NCBI GenBank assembly: GCA_963771075.1
Contig: CAVYSE010000015.1
Span: 1 to 53,239, forward strand
Direction: 5' to 3'
Origin: a candidate division FCPU426 bacterium
Lineage (GTDB): Bacteria; Oederibacteriota; Muellerivitia; Muellerivitales; Muellerivitaceae
DNA length: 53,239 nucleotides
Position numbers and translations under genes: made by a program. Under the pieces are notes generated by a model. That model saw nothing but the letters and a program-made list of their open reading frames with translations, was not told the origin of the DNA and did no database searches. Shown here one piece after another: positions 28,445 through 38,619 of this stretch (position 1 is the stretch's first letter; each line of letters opens with the position of its first letter).

Positions 28445-29692
28445 TCAACCCGCATAAGCAGCCCAGATCCAAAGCGTGCCCAAGGAAGCCAGGGTGACGG
28501 GGACGCCCAACCGCGCGAAATCCTTGAAGGAGATGGTTACTCCCATGTCCCGGGCCTGCTGGGCCACGATCAAGTTGGCGATGCTCCCGATGATGAAAAG
28601 ACTCCCGCCGAAACTATTGGACAGGGCCAACAGATAGGCGGTGGTGGGGTGGGACAGGTCCAGGATCTTAAGCAAAAACATGACCGCGGCCGAGTTGCTG
28701 ATCAAGTTGGAAAGGCCGGCGGTCGCCAGGATCAGGTTGCCGGTGTGGTTCAAGTCAAACCCGCTTCGCGAAAGGTAATGGATGGCGGCGTCCCCATATC
28801 CCGTCGATTGGAAAGCCCCGGTCACCGTGAAGAGACCCATGAAGAGGATCAAGATCTGCCAATCCACCAGGCCCAACAGGTCTTCCGTCCGGAATGTCCG
28901 GCTCGCCAGGTGGATGCCGACCGCGCCCAAAACGGAAATTTCCTTGGGCAGAGGGGTGAAGAATAATCCCACGGTGACCGCGAGGATGACTAACCCCTTG
29001 ACCGTATGGATTGAGTTATAGGGATAGGTTTGGAATGGACGCCCCTGTCCCAAAAGGGAAGGGTTCAAAGTCAATCTTTTCCGGGACATGAACCAGGTGA
29101 TCCCGTAAGCGAATCCCAATGAAACGATGACGGGGGTCAGGCTCCATAGCAGGTACTCGCCGAATCCCAAACGGGCCATTTCACCGATCAACATATCCTG
29201 CGGGTTGCCGATGAGGGTGCCCGCCGCCCCGATATTGCTGGCCAGGGCCATCGCCACCAAGAAAGGGACCGGATTGTATTTGTTCTTTAATAGGGCGGCC
29301 GTGACGATCGGCGTGAAGGCCAGGCAAACGATGTCGTGGTTGAGAAAGGCGGATAGGCCCGCCGTGGCGGTCATCAGGACCAAAAGAAAAGCCGCGGGAT
29401 GGCCCATTCGGGAGGAGATGACCGAGGCCGCCCGGTCGTAAAAGCCCGAAAGCATGAGCTGGGCCGAAATGAACAAAAACCCGAAAAGCAGGAATACCGT
29501 AGGCCAATTGACAATGGCGATGACATCCTTCGTCGTCACCCGGCCCACCACCATCATGCCGATAGCCCCCAACAGCGCGATCCCGGCCCGGTTCAATTTA
29601 AGCCCCGGGATGCGGCCCAAGGCGATTCCGGCGTAGGTCAGCACGAAAATCACCAGGATGGACGAGGACGGGGATGGGACCCAGGAGGTCAT
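28445..29692 (-). CDS. Ion-transporter superfamily permease (SLC13/CitMHS/ArsB-like anion transporter)
   Basis: LNRAGIALLGA, SNIGAAGTLIGNPQ, GSIANLIV; many TM helices. Confidence 0.85.
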   Translation of the reverse strand: MTSWVPSPSSSILVIFVLTYAGIALGRIPGLKLNRAGIALLGAIGMMVVGRVTTKDVIAIVNWPTVFLLFGFLFISAQLMLSGFYDRAASVISSRMGHPAAFLLVLMTATAGLSAFLNHDIVCLAFTPIVTAALLKNKYNPVPFLVAMALASNIGAAGTLIGNPQDMLIGEMARLGFGEYLLWSLTPVIVSLGFAYGITWFMSRKRLTLNPSLLGQGRPFQTYPYNSIHTVKGLVILAVTVGLFFTPLPKEISVLGAVGIHLASRTFRTEDLLGLVDWQILILFMGLFTVTGAFQSTGYGDAAIHYLSRSGFDLNHTGNLILATAGLSNLISNSAAVMFLLKILDLSHPTTAYLLALSNSFGGSLFIIGSIANLIVAQQARDMGVTISFKDFARLGVPVTLASLGTLWIWAAYAG

Positions 29693-29918
29693 GGCGTTGT
29701 TCCTTTCCGAATCATGGTTTTTTACTTTACCTTAAAACCCGGAATTGAACCATAGACCGCTTGATCCCCGTGTGTTATCGGAGATTCCTTCGTTGAAACC
29801 CCTCCAAGAAGGCCGACGCGAACATGGATAACAAATCAAGGGCGTAAAATGCGAAGCCAAAATAGTTTCCGGCCGGAATTCGGGAGTAGGTTAAAATCCA
29901 AGCCGTAAGGGGGCTGCC

Positions 29919-30377
29919 ATGCCAAACGACGATGAATTGCATTCCGGGCTGCTTGCCATCCTCCGGGAGATCGATCTTTTCCGGGATTTTACCCCCCTCG
30001 AAATGGATCAACTGATCCTCACCATGCGAATGATCCGCACCCAAAAGAATTTTGAGATCATCCGGCAAGGGGATTCCTGGGATTCTTTTTACGTGATTTT
30101 ATCAGGCCGGGTTTCGGTCAAGATCAGGAAGGGATCCAAAACCCTCAAGGTGGAGGAACTGCAACAGGGGGATTTTTTCGGGGAAATGGCCCTCATCGCC
30201 CAAAAGCCACGCAATGCCACGGTCACCTCGGAGGAAATTAGCGAGTTATTGGTGCTCAGCAAAACCGAATTCGACAGTATGTTGATGAAGCATCCCGGCC
30301 GGTCAAAAAAGATATATCACGCTTACACGGACCGAATGACGCGGAATAAGAAAAAAATGGGTTTGGCTGTGAAATAA
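29919..30377 (+). CDS. Stand-alone cyclic-nucleotide-binding domain protein
   Basis: IIRQGD, FYVILSG.V, GDFFGEMALI...PRNATV. Confidence 0.9.
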   Translation: MPNDDELHSGLLAILREIDLFRDFTPLEMDQLILTMRMIRTQKNFEIIRQGDSWDSFYVILSGRVSVKIRKGSKTLKVEELQQGDFFGEMALIAQKPRNATVTSEEISELLVLSKTEFDSMLMKHPGRSKKIYHAYTDRMTRNKKKMGLAVK

Positions 30378-30576
30378 GCCGAGGCCCGATAAAGTTTTAA
30401 TAAAGCGAGATAGAAACCAAGACAAACGAGATAGGGCCCGTGTTTTCGCTCGAAATTGTAACGTTGAATAATCGACATGGCGATTAAAAGTCCTTTTGCA
30501 GGAAAGGGAAAATTGAGGGATAATAAAAAAGAAATAGGGGAGATAAGGGGAGATTCTCAATCAAAGGGAGTCCCCT

Positions 30577-31107
30577 ATGCAAATCCTCTGTTCGAAGTGC
30601 CGTAAGGTTGTTGGAACCCAAGAGCATCACACCGATCCTGACCTGGGACCGGTCCTTTGCCCCGACTGTGGCGACGCTTTCATCGCCGAATATGGGGGCG
30701 TTTCCCTCAGCGAATACCTGGATCGTTTTGAAGAACCCCTGATGGTACTCAATGAGGAAATGCGAGTCGTTGCCTGCAATAAAAAAGGGCGTGAGGAAGT
30801 GGATACCACCGGTATCCGGCCCCTCGGCCTTCTCTCCGGGGATTTTATGCACTGCCGGAATTCCTCTTCGGGCGGGGGTTGCGGCCTTACGGCCAATTGC
30901 CTGAAATGCGCAATCCGCAACACCGTAACCAATACGCTCAGGACGGGGAATCCCCTGAAGAAGGTCACGGCCTTCTTCTCGAGCGCGAATGACCGGGAAA
31001 ATCCCGTCAAGGAATGGAGCCTCTCCACGCGCAAAGTGGGGGAAACGGTGCATCTAAGCCTTCGGCGGCCCGCCATGGCGGGAAGCGTTCAATTCCGGAG
31101 GATTTAA
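30577..31107 (+). CDS. Cys-rich hypothetical protein (N-terminal CxxC...CxxC plus PAS-like domain)
   Basis: CSKC, CPDC; PLMVLNEEMRVVACN PAS-like segment; HC...GGCG...C.KC.IR. Confidence 0.7.
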   Translation: MQILCSKCRKVVGTQEHHTDPDLGPVLCPDCGDAFIAEYGGVSLSEYLDRFEEPLMVLNEEMRVVACNKKGREEVDTTGIRPLGLLSGDFMHCRNSSSGGGCGLTANCLKCAIRNTVTNTLRTGNPLKKVTAFFSSANDRENPVKEWSLSTRKVGETVHLSLRRPAMAGSVQFRRI

Positions 31108-31316
31108 CAAATTATCCACCCGGCTCGTGCCTCGAAAAAGGGGCTCGACCCTCCTCTCCTTCGGCGATAGGGGGTGTCCGGCTCCTTTTTTATTGAGGGG
31201 TCCCTTATATTCCAGGATCGTCCTTTGTTTTATTCGGGAAGGTCGGTTAGTCTATCCTCGATTCCCTCCCTGAGCCGATAGGCTCCGCTTTCTAACACCT
31301 GGCAAAAAGGATTTTC

Positions 31317-33398
31317 ATGGAAAGTTTTCAAGAATTGAGCTTACCCGCCTTTTTGGGGCATAACCTCAAGCAGATGAACTTCATCAAGCCCACCGAGGTG
31401 CAGGCCCAGGCCATTCCGCCCGCTTTGGAAGGGAAGGATATCATCGCCTCAGCCCAGACCGGGACGGGCAAGACCGCGGCTTTTGGCATTCCCCTGCTGG
31501 TGTTTTTGGAAAACCACAAGGACCAAACGGCCATGATCCTGACCCCCACCCGGGAATTGGCCATGCAGGTGCTGGAGGTCTTGCGCAAGCTCAACGGCCA
31601 GCATTACCTGGGTGGTTCCGTGCTGCTGATCGGCGGGGCGCCCATGGGGCCCCAATTGACCGCGCTGTCCAAAAAGCCCAGGCTGTTCATCGGCACCCCG
31701 GGGCGGGTGATCGACCACTTGACCCGGAAGTCGCTCAAGCTGGACAAGACCGAGTTTCTCGTTCTGGACGAGGCGGACCGGATGCTGGACATGGGTTTCG
31801 CCCCGCAATTGGATGAGATCCGAGCCCGCTTGACCGCCCCGCGCCAGACCCTTTTGTTTTCCGCCACGATTCCCCCCGATATCCAGCAGATGGCCGCCAA
31901 GTACCTCAAGAACCCGGTGCGGATCGCCGTCGGGGCCCAGACCCAGCCCGTGGAAAAAATCGACCAGCAGGTCATCCACACCACCGAGTTCCATAAGCCG
32001 GAGGAACTGGAGGGGGAATTGAACTCCCGCCAGGGTTCGGTTTTGGTCTTCGCCCGCACCCAGCACCGGGTGGACCGCATCGCGGACCGGTTGAAGGAAA
32101 AGGGATTCAAGGCCACCCGCATCCACGGGGGTCGCACCCAGGGCCAGCGCAAGCAGGCCATCGAGCATTTCCGCTCCGGAGATTACCGAATCCTGGTGGC
32201 CACCGATATCGCGGCCCGGGGGCTGGATATCCACCATATCGCCCATGTGATCAATTACGACCTGCCGAGGAACCCGGAGGACTATATCCACCGCGTGGGC
32301 CGCACGGCCCGGGCCGGAGCCGAGGGGAACTCCCTTTGCTTTTTGACATCCGAGAATACCGCCCTTTGGCAAAGAATCCTCGGATTGATGGGCCCCGCTC
32401 GAAACACCATCACCACCCGGCCGTCCCGTTTCGGGGATATGACCCCCAAACCGGGCCGTTCACCCCAGGGTCATCCGGCCCATTCCCATTCAAGCCAAAC
32501 ACGCTCGGGCCAGGAACGCCGGGGTTCACGGCCCCATTCCTTCTCTTCCAAACCCGGGGACAGATCGAATTTCCAGGGAAACAAATACCGCCCTTCGGGC
32601 GGATTTCAAAAGAACCGGCCCCCGGTCGGGCATGGCCATCCCTCGCGTGGATACACCTCGGAAGAATTCCAGGTTGAACGGCCCCGGCATGAGGGCCAAC
32701 GGCCCGAGGGCCATCGACCCGAGGGTCACCGACCCGGGAGCCAAAGGCCCAACCGGCCTTGGATGAATAGCCAACGGTCGAACGAACAGAAGGCGAAAGG
32801 CCCCTGGCCCAGGGTGAGGCAGGCCTCCGACCCGCCCCAAAAGGGCGTTTGGCAGAACATCCATAAAGCCGAAGGTCGAGTATCCGACAAACAACCTTTC
32901 CAACGACCCGAGGGGGAACAACGTTTCGAGAAGCCACGCTTTGAGGAAGGTGCCCATAAGAAGAACCGCCATCCCGACGGCCGTCATCAAAAAAGGTCGG
33001 AAGAACACCAGCGTCGGAATACATCCGGTCCCGGGGAAACGCCGAAAAGCCACGGATTTTCCCCAGCACCCGGCGGGGAGCAGGATCAGGTTGAAAAGAA
33101 TTGGAATAAACCCGGGGCCGCGGAAGGCCATGCATCGAGGGGTTTTAGGGAGAAGCCGAAAAGTAATTTCATGGGTAAACAATGGGGCGATAGCCGAAAC
33201 CAAGGATTCAAACCTCGGCGGCCGGAAGGCCCGGACGGCGCCCCTTTTCCCAAGGACGACCGGTATAGACCCAAGGGCGCTAAACCCTCTTTTGATTCGA
33301 ACCAGCCACCCAGGCCCTTCGGAAAACCCTCCTTTTCAAAGGGCGGTTTTCACCCCCAGGGGGGCCAGTTCAGGCCCAAAAGACACAAGGAACGTTGA
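31317..33398 (+). CDS. DEAD-box RNA helicase with long disordered basic C-terminal tail
   Basis: AQTGTGKT, PTREL, DEAD, SAT, ARGLD, HRVGRTAR; R/G/P/Q-rich tail with RPEGH repeats. Confidence 0.96.
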   Translation: MESFQELSLPAFLGHNLKQMNFIKPTEVQAQAIPPALEGKDIIASAQTGTGKTAAFGIPLLVFLENHKDQTAMILTPTRELAMQVLEVLRKLNGQHYLGGSVLLIGGAPMGPQLTALSKKPRLFIGTPGRVIDHLTRKSLKLDKTEFLVLDEADRMLDMGFAPQLDEIRARLTAPRQTLLFSATIPPDIQQMAAKYLKNPVRIAVGAQTQPVEKIDQQVIHTTEFHKPEELEGELNSRQGSVLVFARTQHRVDRIADRLKEKGFKATRIHGGRTQGQRKQAIEHFRSGDYRILVATDIAARGLDIHHIAHVINYDLPRNPEDYIHRVGRTARAGAEGNSLCFLTSENTALWQRILGLMGPARNTITTRPSRFGDMTPKPGRSPQGHPAHSHSSQTRSGQERRGSRPHSFSSKPGDRSNFQGNKYRPSGGFQKNRPPVGHGHPSRGYTSEEFQVERPRHEGQRPEGHRPEGHRPGSQRPNRPWMNSQRSNEQKAKGPWPRVRQASDPPQKGVWQNIHKAEGRVSDKQPFQRPEGEQRFEKPRFEEGAHKKNRHPDGRHQKRSEEHQRRNTSGPGETPKSHGFSPAPGGEQDQVEKNWNKPGAAEGHASRGFREKPKSNFMGKQWGDSRNQGFKPRRPEGPDGAPFPKDDRYRPKGAKPSFDSNQPPRPFGKPSFSKGGFHPQGGQFRPKRHKER

Positions 33399-33494
33399 TA
33401 TAACCAACGAACTTTCTTGAAGCTCTTTTTCCCCCTTCAGAAAACTTAAAAAGAACCGTTAGATAAGGTAGAAGAAGAAAGAAGGAGGACGCGC

Positions 33495-33959
33495 ATGATC
33501 AGCGGTGCCAATTCCATTAACAACAACAATTTGCAATTATCGGCTAATGAAACCAATTCGATTTTAAACGCCTTGGGCGGCGGCTCGTCCACTTTTGATA
33601 ATATTTTTACACAGGCCATGAACCAGGCCACGACCCCGGCCGCGAAGTTACAGGACGCCCTTTTGGCGGTTCAATATGACGATATGAATACCCTGTATAA
33701 CGCTGTTTCGGGAAATGATTCGACGGATTCACTTTTAAGCTCTACCAACTCCCTGGCCATGGACCTGGGCTCGGTCGCGGGGCAGGTGAGCCAATTGGAA
33801 CAGGAATTGGGCATGACCCCTACCCCGACTACTACTCCTCAAACGCCGACCAACATGAACGCCGCTTTGGGGTTGGAAGCCCAGATGTTGGAAAACCAGA
33901 GCTTGGCCAACTTCGGCAATTCCGCCGACTCAAGCACGGGGCTGGACGCTTTAGCCTAA
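33495..33959 (+). CDS. Hypothetical S/T/N-rich protein
   Basis: AGGAGG RBS, 154-aa ORF, followed by a terminator. Confidence 0.7.
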   Translation: MISGANSINNNNLQLSANETNSILNALGGGSSTFDNIFTQAMNQATTPAAKLQDALLAVQYDDMNTLYNAVSGNDSTDSLLSSTNSLAMDLGSVAGQVSQLEQELGMTPTPTTTPQTPTNMNAALGLEAQMLENQSLANFGNSADSSTGLDALA

Positions 33960-33976
33960 ACCCTCCGGAAGGGTAT

Positions 33977-34019
33977 AAAGGCGCGATACTCGGAGGTACC
34001 GGGTTCCGCGCCTTTTTTT
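33977..34019 (+). terminator. Intrinsic terminator
   Basis: AAAGGCGCG...CGCGCCTTT followed by a T tract. Confidence 0.7.
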
Positions 34020-34053
34020 ATTCCCTCAAGCACGTTTATCCGAAATAAATATT

Positions 34054-34133
34054 AACCACAGATTGAATGGATGCGAAAACCTGAAGGCTAGACCTTATCA
34101 TTTTCCATCTTGCGCATTTCATGCAACTGTGGC
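34054..34133. repeat. Degenerate REPIN-like inverted pair
   Basis: AACCACAGATTGAATGGATGCG ... CGCATTTCATGCAACTGTGGC. Confidence 0.5.
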
Positions 34134-34186
34134 TAGCCTAAGCCATGCTTTTGTGGTTAGACCCTTGAATCCTTGGAGGGAAATGA

Positions 34187-34621
34187 ATGAGCAATTGTTT
34201 GATTTGCGAGAGAGTGAAATCGGCCCAAGAAGGTGTTAATCCCTTTTTGATCCATGAGTTCAAGAATTCTTTATTAGTCCTAGGCGACCACCAATACTTC
34301 AAGGGCTATTGTGTGTTGTTGTTGAAATCGCATGTCAGGGAATTACACGAACTGCCGCCGGATCTTCATCAGGATCTTTTCCGGGAGTTGATGACCGCGG
34401 GCAAGGCGGTTTACGAGACATTTCAACCCTGGAAAATGAATTATTCCTGTTACGGAAACCAAGTTCCCCACGTCCATTGGCATCTATTTCCCCGCTATGA
34501 ATCCGACCCGGATCATTTAAGCAACCCATGGAAAAACTCGAATCAGTTTGACACCTTTCCGACCCAAGAACAGGAAAGGTCTGAGCGGATTCGCCTGATC
34601 CGGGAAAAGCTGGATCGTTAG
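34187..34621 (+). CDS. HIT family nucleotide hydrolase
   Basis: CLIC N-terminus; GNQVPHVHWHLFPR histidine triad. Confidence 0.92.
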   Translation: MSNCLICERVKSAQEGVNPFLIHEFKNSLLVLGDHQYFKGYCVLLLKSHVRELHELPPDLHQDLFRELMTAGKAVYETFQPWKMNYSCYGNQVPHVHWHLFPRYESDPDHLSNPWKNSNQFDTFPTQEQERSERIRLIREKLDR

Positions 34622-34624
34622 GCC

Positions 34625-35041
34625 ATGGAGATTCAAAAAGCCCAATTCCGCGATTGTCCGATACTCGCCCAAATGAATCATCAGCTCATCTGTGATTCGG
34701 GTCATCGCAATCCGATGAACCGGGCCCAGCTCGCCCGGAGGATGAAAAAATGGCTGGCGGGTGAATATACGGCTTATCTTATTAAAATCAGGAAAGAACC
34801 CATCGGTTATTGCCTTTACCGAAAAGAAAAAGAATTTTTATACATCCGCCAGTTTTTCATCGAGCGGGCCTATCGAAAGCAAGGTTTGGGCTACGGGGCT
34901 TTCAACCTCCTTCGCAAGATGGCCTGGAAAAATGTCTCCCTTCTCCGCATGGAGGTGTTGGTTGGGAATAAAATCGGTATTAGGTTTTGGAAAGCCCTGG
35001 GGTTTAAGGATTATTGCCTGACCCTGGAGCGGACGAACTGA
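34625..35041 (+). CDS. GNAT N-acetyltransferase
   Basis: FFIERAYRKQGLG and N..GIRFWKALGF. Confidence 0.88.
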   Translation: MEIQKAQFRDCPILAQMNHQLICDSGHRNPMNRAQLARRMKKWLAGEYTAYLIKIRKEPIGYCLYRKEKEFLYIRQFFIERAYRKQGLGYGAFNLLRKMAWKNVSLLRMEVLVGNKIGIRFWKALGFKDYCLTLERTN

Positions 35042-35063
35042 GGTTCCCAACCGGGAGGATGAA

Positions 35064-35507
35064 ATGAAAGTCAAAATAAGGCCCTTTCGATCCACCGACA
35101 CAAAGGCTGTGATCCAACTCTGGAAGATTTGCGGTTTGGTGGTGACTGAGAACGATCCCTTGAAGGACATCAAACGTAAAAGGAAAGAACACCCGGAGCT
35201 GTTCCTGGTGGCGCTTAGGGGGAAGGAGTTAGTGGGCGCCCTCATGGGCGGCTATGATGGTCACCGGGGGGCGGTCAATTATTTCGCGGTGGCACCGGCC
35301 TGTCAGCGCCAGGGCATTGGCTGGTTACTGATGGAGGCCGTAGAAAAAAAGCTGGCCCGGTTGGGTTGCCCCAAAATCAACCTCTATGTGCGGGTCAGCA
35401 ACGAGGCGGTCAGGGTTTTTTACGAGAAATTGGAGTATGTCCAGAATACAGGGGCCATCAGCTTTGGAAAAAGGCTCGTGAAGGATGAATCGGGGTCCTG
35501 TGGATAA
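35064..35507 (+). CDS. GNAT acetyltransferase, YpeA-like
   Basis: MGGYDGHRG, CQRQGIG, GCPKINL, FYEKLEY. Confidence 0.9.
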   Translation: MKVKIRPFRSTDTKAVIQLWKICGLVVTENDPLKDIKRKRKEHPELFLVALRGKELVGALMGGYDGHRGAVNYFAVAPACQRQGIGWLLMEAVEKKLARLGCPKINLYVRVSNEAVRVFYEKLEYVQNTGAISFGKRLVKDESGSCG

Positions 35508-35811
35508 ATCTTTTGGAAAATGAGACATAACAATTGTAACGAGCAAAAAAGCGTAGACCGGCAAGGGTGTGCGATTGCCTTGAAATATATAGTGAATTCA
35601 ATCGATTTGACCGATTCATTACCAAAAGTGACTTGTTACCGGCCGGTAAAAGTCGGGTCTAATAGGGTTTTTAACTGGTAATAGCATCGTTAAACCCCTA
35701 GAGTAGACCGTCCGGATTCGAGTGTCATCTCATGGATGATTTCCATTTTCATGCATGATTTTTACCTCCGTCTCCCTTCGTCCCTTTTCTTGATGCATGA
35801 AAGGATTTTCC

Positions 35812-37436
35812 ATGGCCGGACGGCCTCCTCGTTGCCTTTTAGTTTATCCTCGGTTTTCATCCCAATCATTTTGGAATTATCGGGCCACCTGCGAGGTGGT
35901 TGGGGCCAAATACCCCGCCGCCCCCTTGGGGCTCATTACCGTGGCGGGCTTACTCCCCCCCGACTGGGAAGTCCGCTTGAACGACCTGAATGCCCAGGAT
36001 TTAAGCGACATAGGACGTCCAATGGTCAGAAATTATTTTCATGGGCGGCATGATTTCCCAGCAGCCGGACCACCTGCGGCTGATCGATCAATTCAAGAAG
36101 ATTAGGTAAGAAGGTCATCGTGGGAGGCCCGGACGCGACCTCCAGCCCCCACCTCTACGACAAAGCCGACCACCTGATTCTGGGCGAGGCCGAAATCACC
36201 ATGCCCGAGTTCCTGGCCGAATTTCATCCAGGGAAAGGCCAAGCACATCTACGCGGCCGGCGACCGCAAGGCGGACATGGCAACCAGCCCGCTACCCCGT
36301 TTTGACCTCTTGAAGTTCGACAATTACCTTCACGTGGGCATCCAATGGAACCGGGGCTGCCCCTTCATGTGCGAATTCTGCGACATCATCGAGCTCTTCG
36401 GCCGGGTGCCCCGGGGAAAAAGTTCCCAGCAGGTTCTGGCCGAGTTGCAAAGTCTTTACGACCTGGGATACCGGGGCCACGTGGATATCGTGGACGACAA
36501 CTTCATCGGCAACAAGAAGGCCGTCAAGGAATTGTTGCCCATCCTCATCCAATGGAACAAGGAGCACCGCTACCCTTCGAGTTCTCGACCGAAGCTTCCA
36601 TGAACCTGGCGGATGACGAGCCCTTGATGAAGCTCATGCAGGAAGCCGGCTTCACCTGGATCTTCGTGGGGATTGAGAACCCCAACGAGGACACCCTGAT
36701 GGCCACCCAAAAGCGGCAAAACACCCACCGCTCCATCGCGGAAAGCATCCACAAGATCCAAAAGCACGGCATGATCGTGAACGCGGGCTATATCGTGGGT
36801 TTCGACAACGAGGGCAGCCAAGTGGCCCAATCCATCCTGGACTGCATCGAGGAAACCGCCATTCCGGTCAATATGGTGGGCCTGCTCTTCGCCCTGCCCA
36901 ACACCCAGTTGACGAAGCGGCTCAAGCGGGAAAACCGCCTGGACGCTTCCTTCGAGATTCCCCCCGCGGACACGGCCTGCCAATGCGTGGCGGGCCTGAA
37001 TTTCACCACCCTGCGCCCCCGCTGGGAAATCTTGAGCGACTTCAACCGCATCGTGAAGGAAGCCATGTCCCCCGAGAAATACTTCGGCAGGGTCTTGAGG
37101 CTGTCCATGGTCATGGATTGTTCCCAGGCCAAGATGAGGGCGCCCTTGAGGCACCACCTGAGGGACTTGAGATCCTTCTTCAGGCTCAGCCTGAGGCTGG
37201 GAACCTGGAAGTCCACCCGGCGCTATTATTGGAAAGTGCTGTTCAACTGCCTTTTGAAAAATCCGGGCGCTTTCCGAAACATGGTTTCCGTGATGGCCCT
37301 CTACCTTCACTTCAATGATTTCCGGCATTACGTACTCCAGCGGCTGGGGAACGAGATCACCAACCTGGAAAAGGACGGCGACCCCCGGTTGAACCCCGCC
37401 AGCGCTCTGAACCTGGCGCCCCAAGCGGTCCTCTAA
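35812..37436 (+). CDS. B12-binding domain radical SAM protein (DUF4070-type C-terminus) with several frameshifts
   Basis: Fragments in successive frames: YP...SFWNY, PLGLITVA, GGPDATSSP, RGCPFMCEFCD (CxxxCxxC), VDDNFIGN, TEASMNLADD. Confidence 0.85.
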
Positions 37437-37531
37437 GAAACTTGTTTTCCTGTTTGTGACATTATGATCCCAGTCATCCTCACATTTTGTCCCATCGGTT
37501 ATTTTTGACCTCCAAGTCCAGGGGAGGACGT

Positions 37532-38456
37532 ATGCTTGGTTTGAACGACACTGAAACCTATTAACGCGGCGAAGTCTCACGGGTGGCCTACGGCATCCGC
37601 CGCCGGGTTCTCGAACATACCCTCAAGCACAACGGGGGTTATCTCAGTCAGGCCTGTTCCAGCGCCGAAATTCTCGCCACCCTCTACTAGCCGCATCATG
37701 AATCTGGGGCCCGTTCCAAATCCCATCAAACCCGCCCCCTTTGCCGGGTGTTCCCGGAGAGGAGATTCCCCAATATCACCGGGGTGATTTTTATAACGGA
37801 CCCAAGGGTTCGGATTTCGACCGTTTCATCCTTTCCCCCACCCATTATTCCCTGGTTCTCTACGCCTGCCTGGTGGAGACCCGCCGGATGGACCCGGATG
37901 GTTTTGACGATTTCAACAAGGACGGCGGCATCCTGGAAATGATCGGGGCCGAGCATTCCCCCGGCATGGAAGTGATGACCGGTTCCCTGGGGCAGGGGAT
38001 CAGCCAAGCGGCGGGGATCGCCCTGGCCCGCAAGCTCAAGGGCGAGAAGGGAAAGGTCTGGGTTTTCATGTCTGACGGGGAACTTCAGCCGGGCCAGGTT
38101 TGGGAAGCCCTTCAATGCATGGCCTTTTATAAGCTGGACAACATGGGTATCTACGTGGACGTAAACGGCTACCAATGTGACGGAAAAACCTCCAATGTCA
38201 TGGGCATCGAACCCCTCCAGGATCGGTTCAAGGCTTTCGGCTGCGAGGTTTATCCGGGTGAATGGCCATGATCCCCAAGCCCTGGCTGGCCCCGGCCCTC
38301 GGCACCCCGATGGGAAAACCCCTGGTGGTCCTGTGCGATACATGCCCCTGGATGGGCATGGACCCCCTGAAGTCCCGGGCGCCCAAGTTTCATTACCTAC
38401 GGTTCAACAACGACGCCGAAAAGAAAATTTACGAAGATTTCCTTAAGACACTTTAA
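37532..38456 (+). CDS. Split transketolase, N-terminal (ThDP-binding) subunit, with several frameshifts
   Basis: GIRRRVLEHT..HNGGYLSQACSSAEIL, DRFILSPTHY, TGSLGQG, SDGE...N, VNGHD, KPLVVL; strong RBS at 37521-37528. Confidence 0.85.
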
Positions 38457-38619
38457 ACAAATTTATTCAGCGAAGGCGCAATGCCCATCGCAACGCACCG
38501 ATGGGCGGGGGCTAAGAAGGGCGAAATAAAATGAGATTGGGGAAGGCCTTTTTTGCTGTAAAGCATCAAAAAGTGCAGTTCTTGGCGCTTTGGAGTCTTG
38601 GCGTTGGATGGGGTGCTTC

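Noticed and set aside
32685..32760. 15-bp tandem repeats in the helicase gene
   Set aside because: They encode RPEGH-like low-complexity tail repeats, ordinary for DEAD-box helicases
35508..35811. Cobalamin or SAM riboswitch upstream of the radical SAM gene
   Set aside because: No B12-box or SAM-I core motifs recognisable
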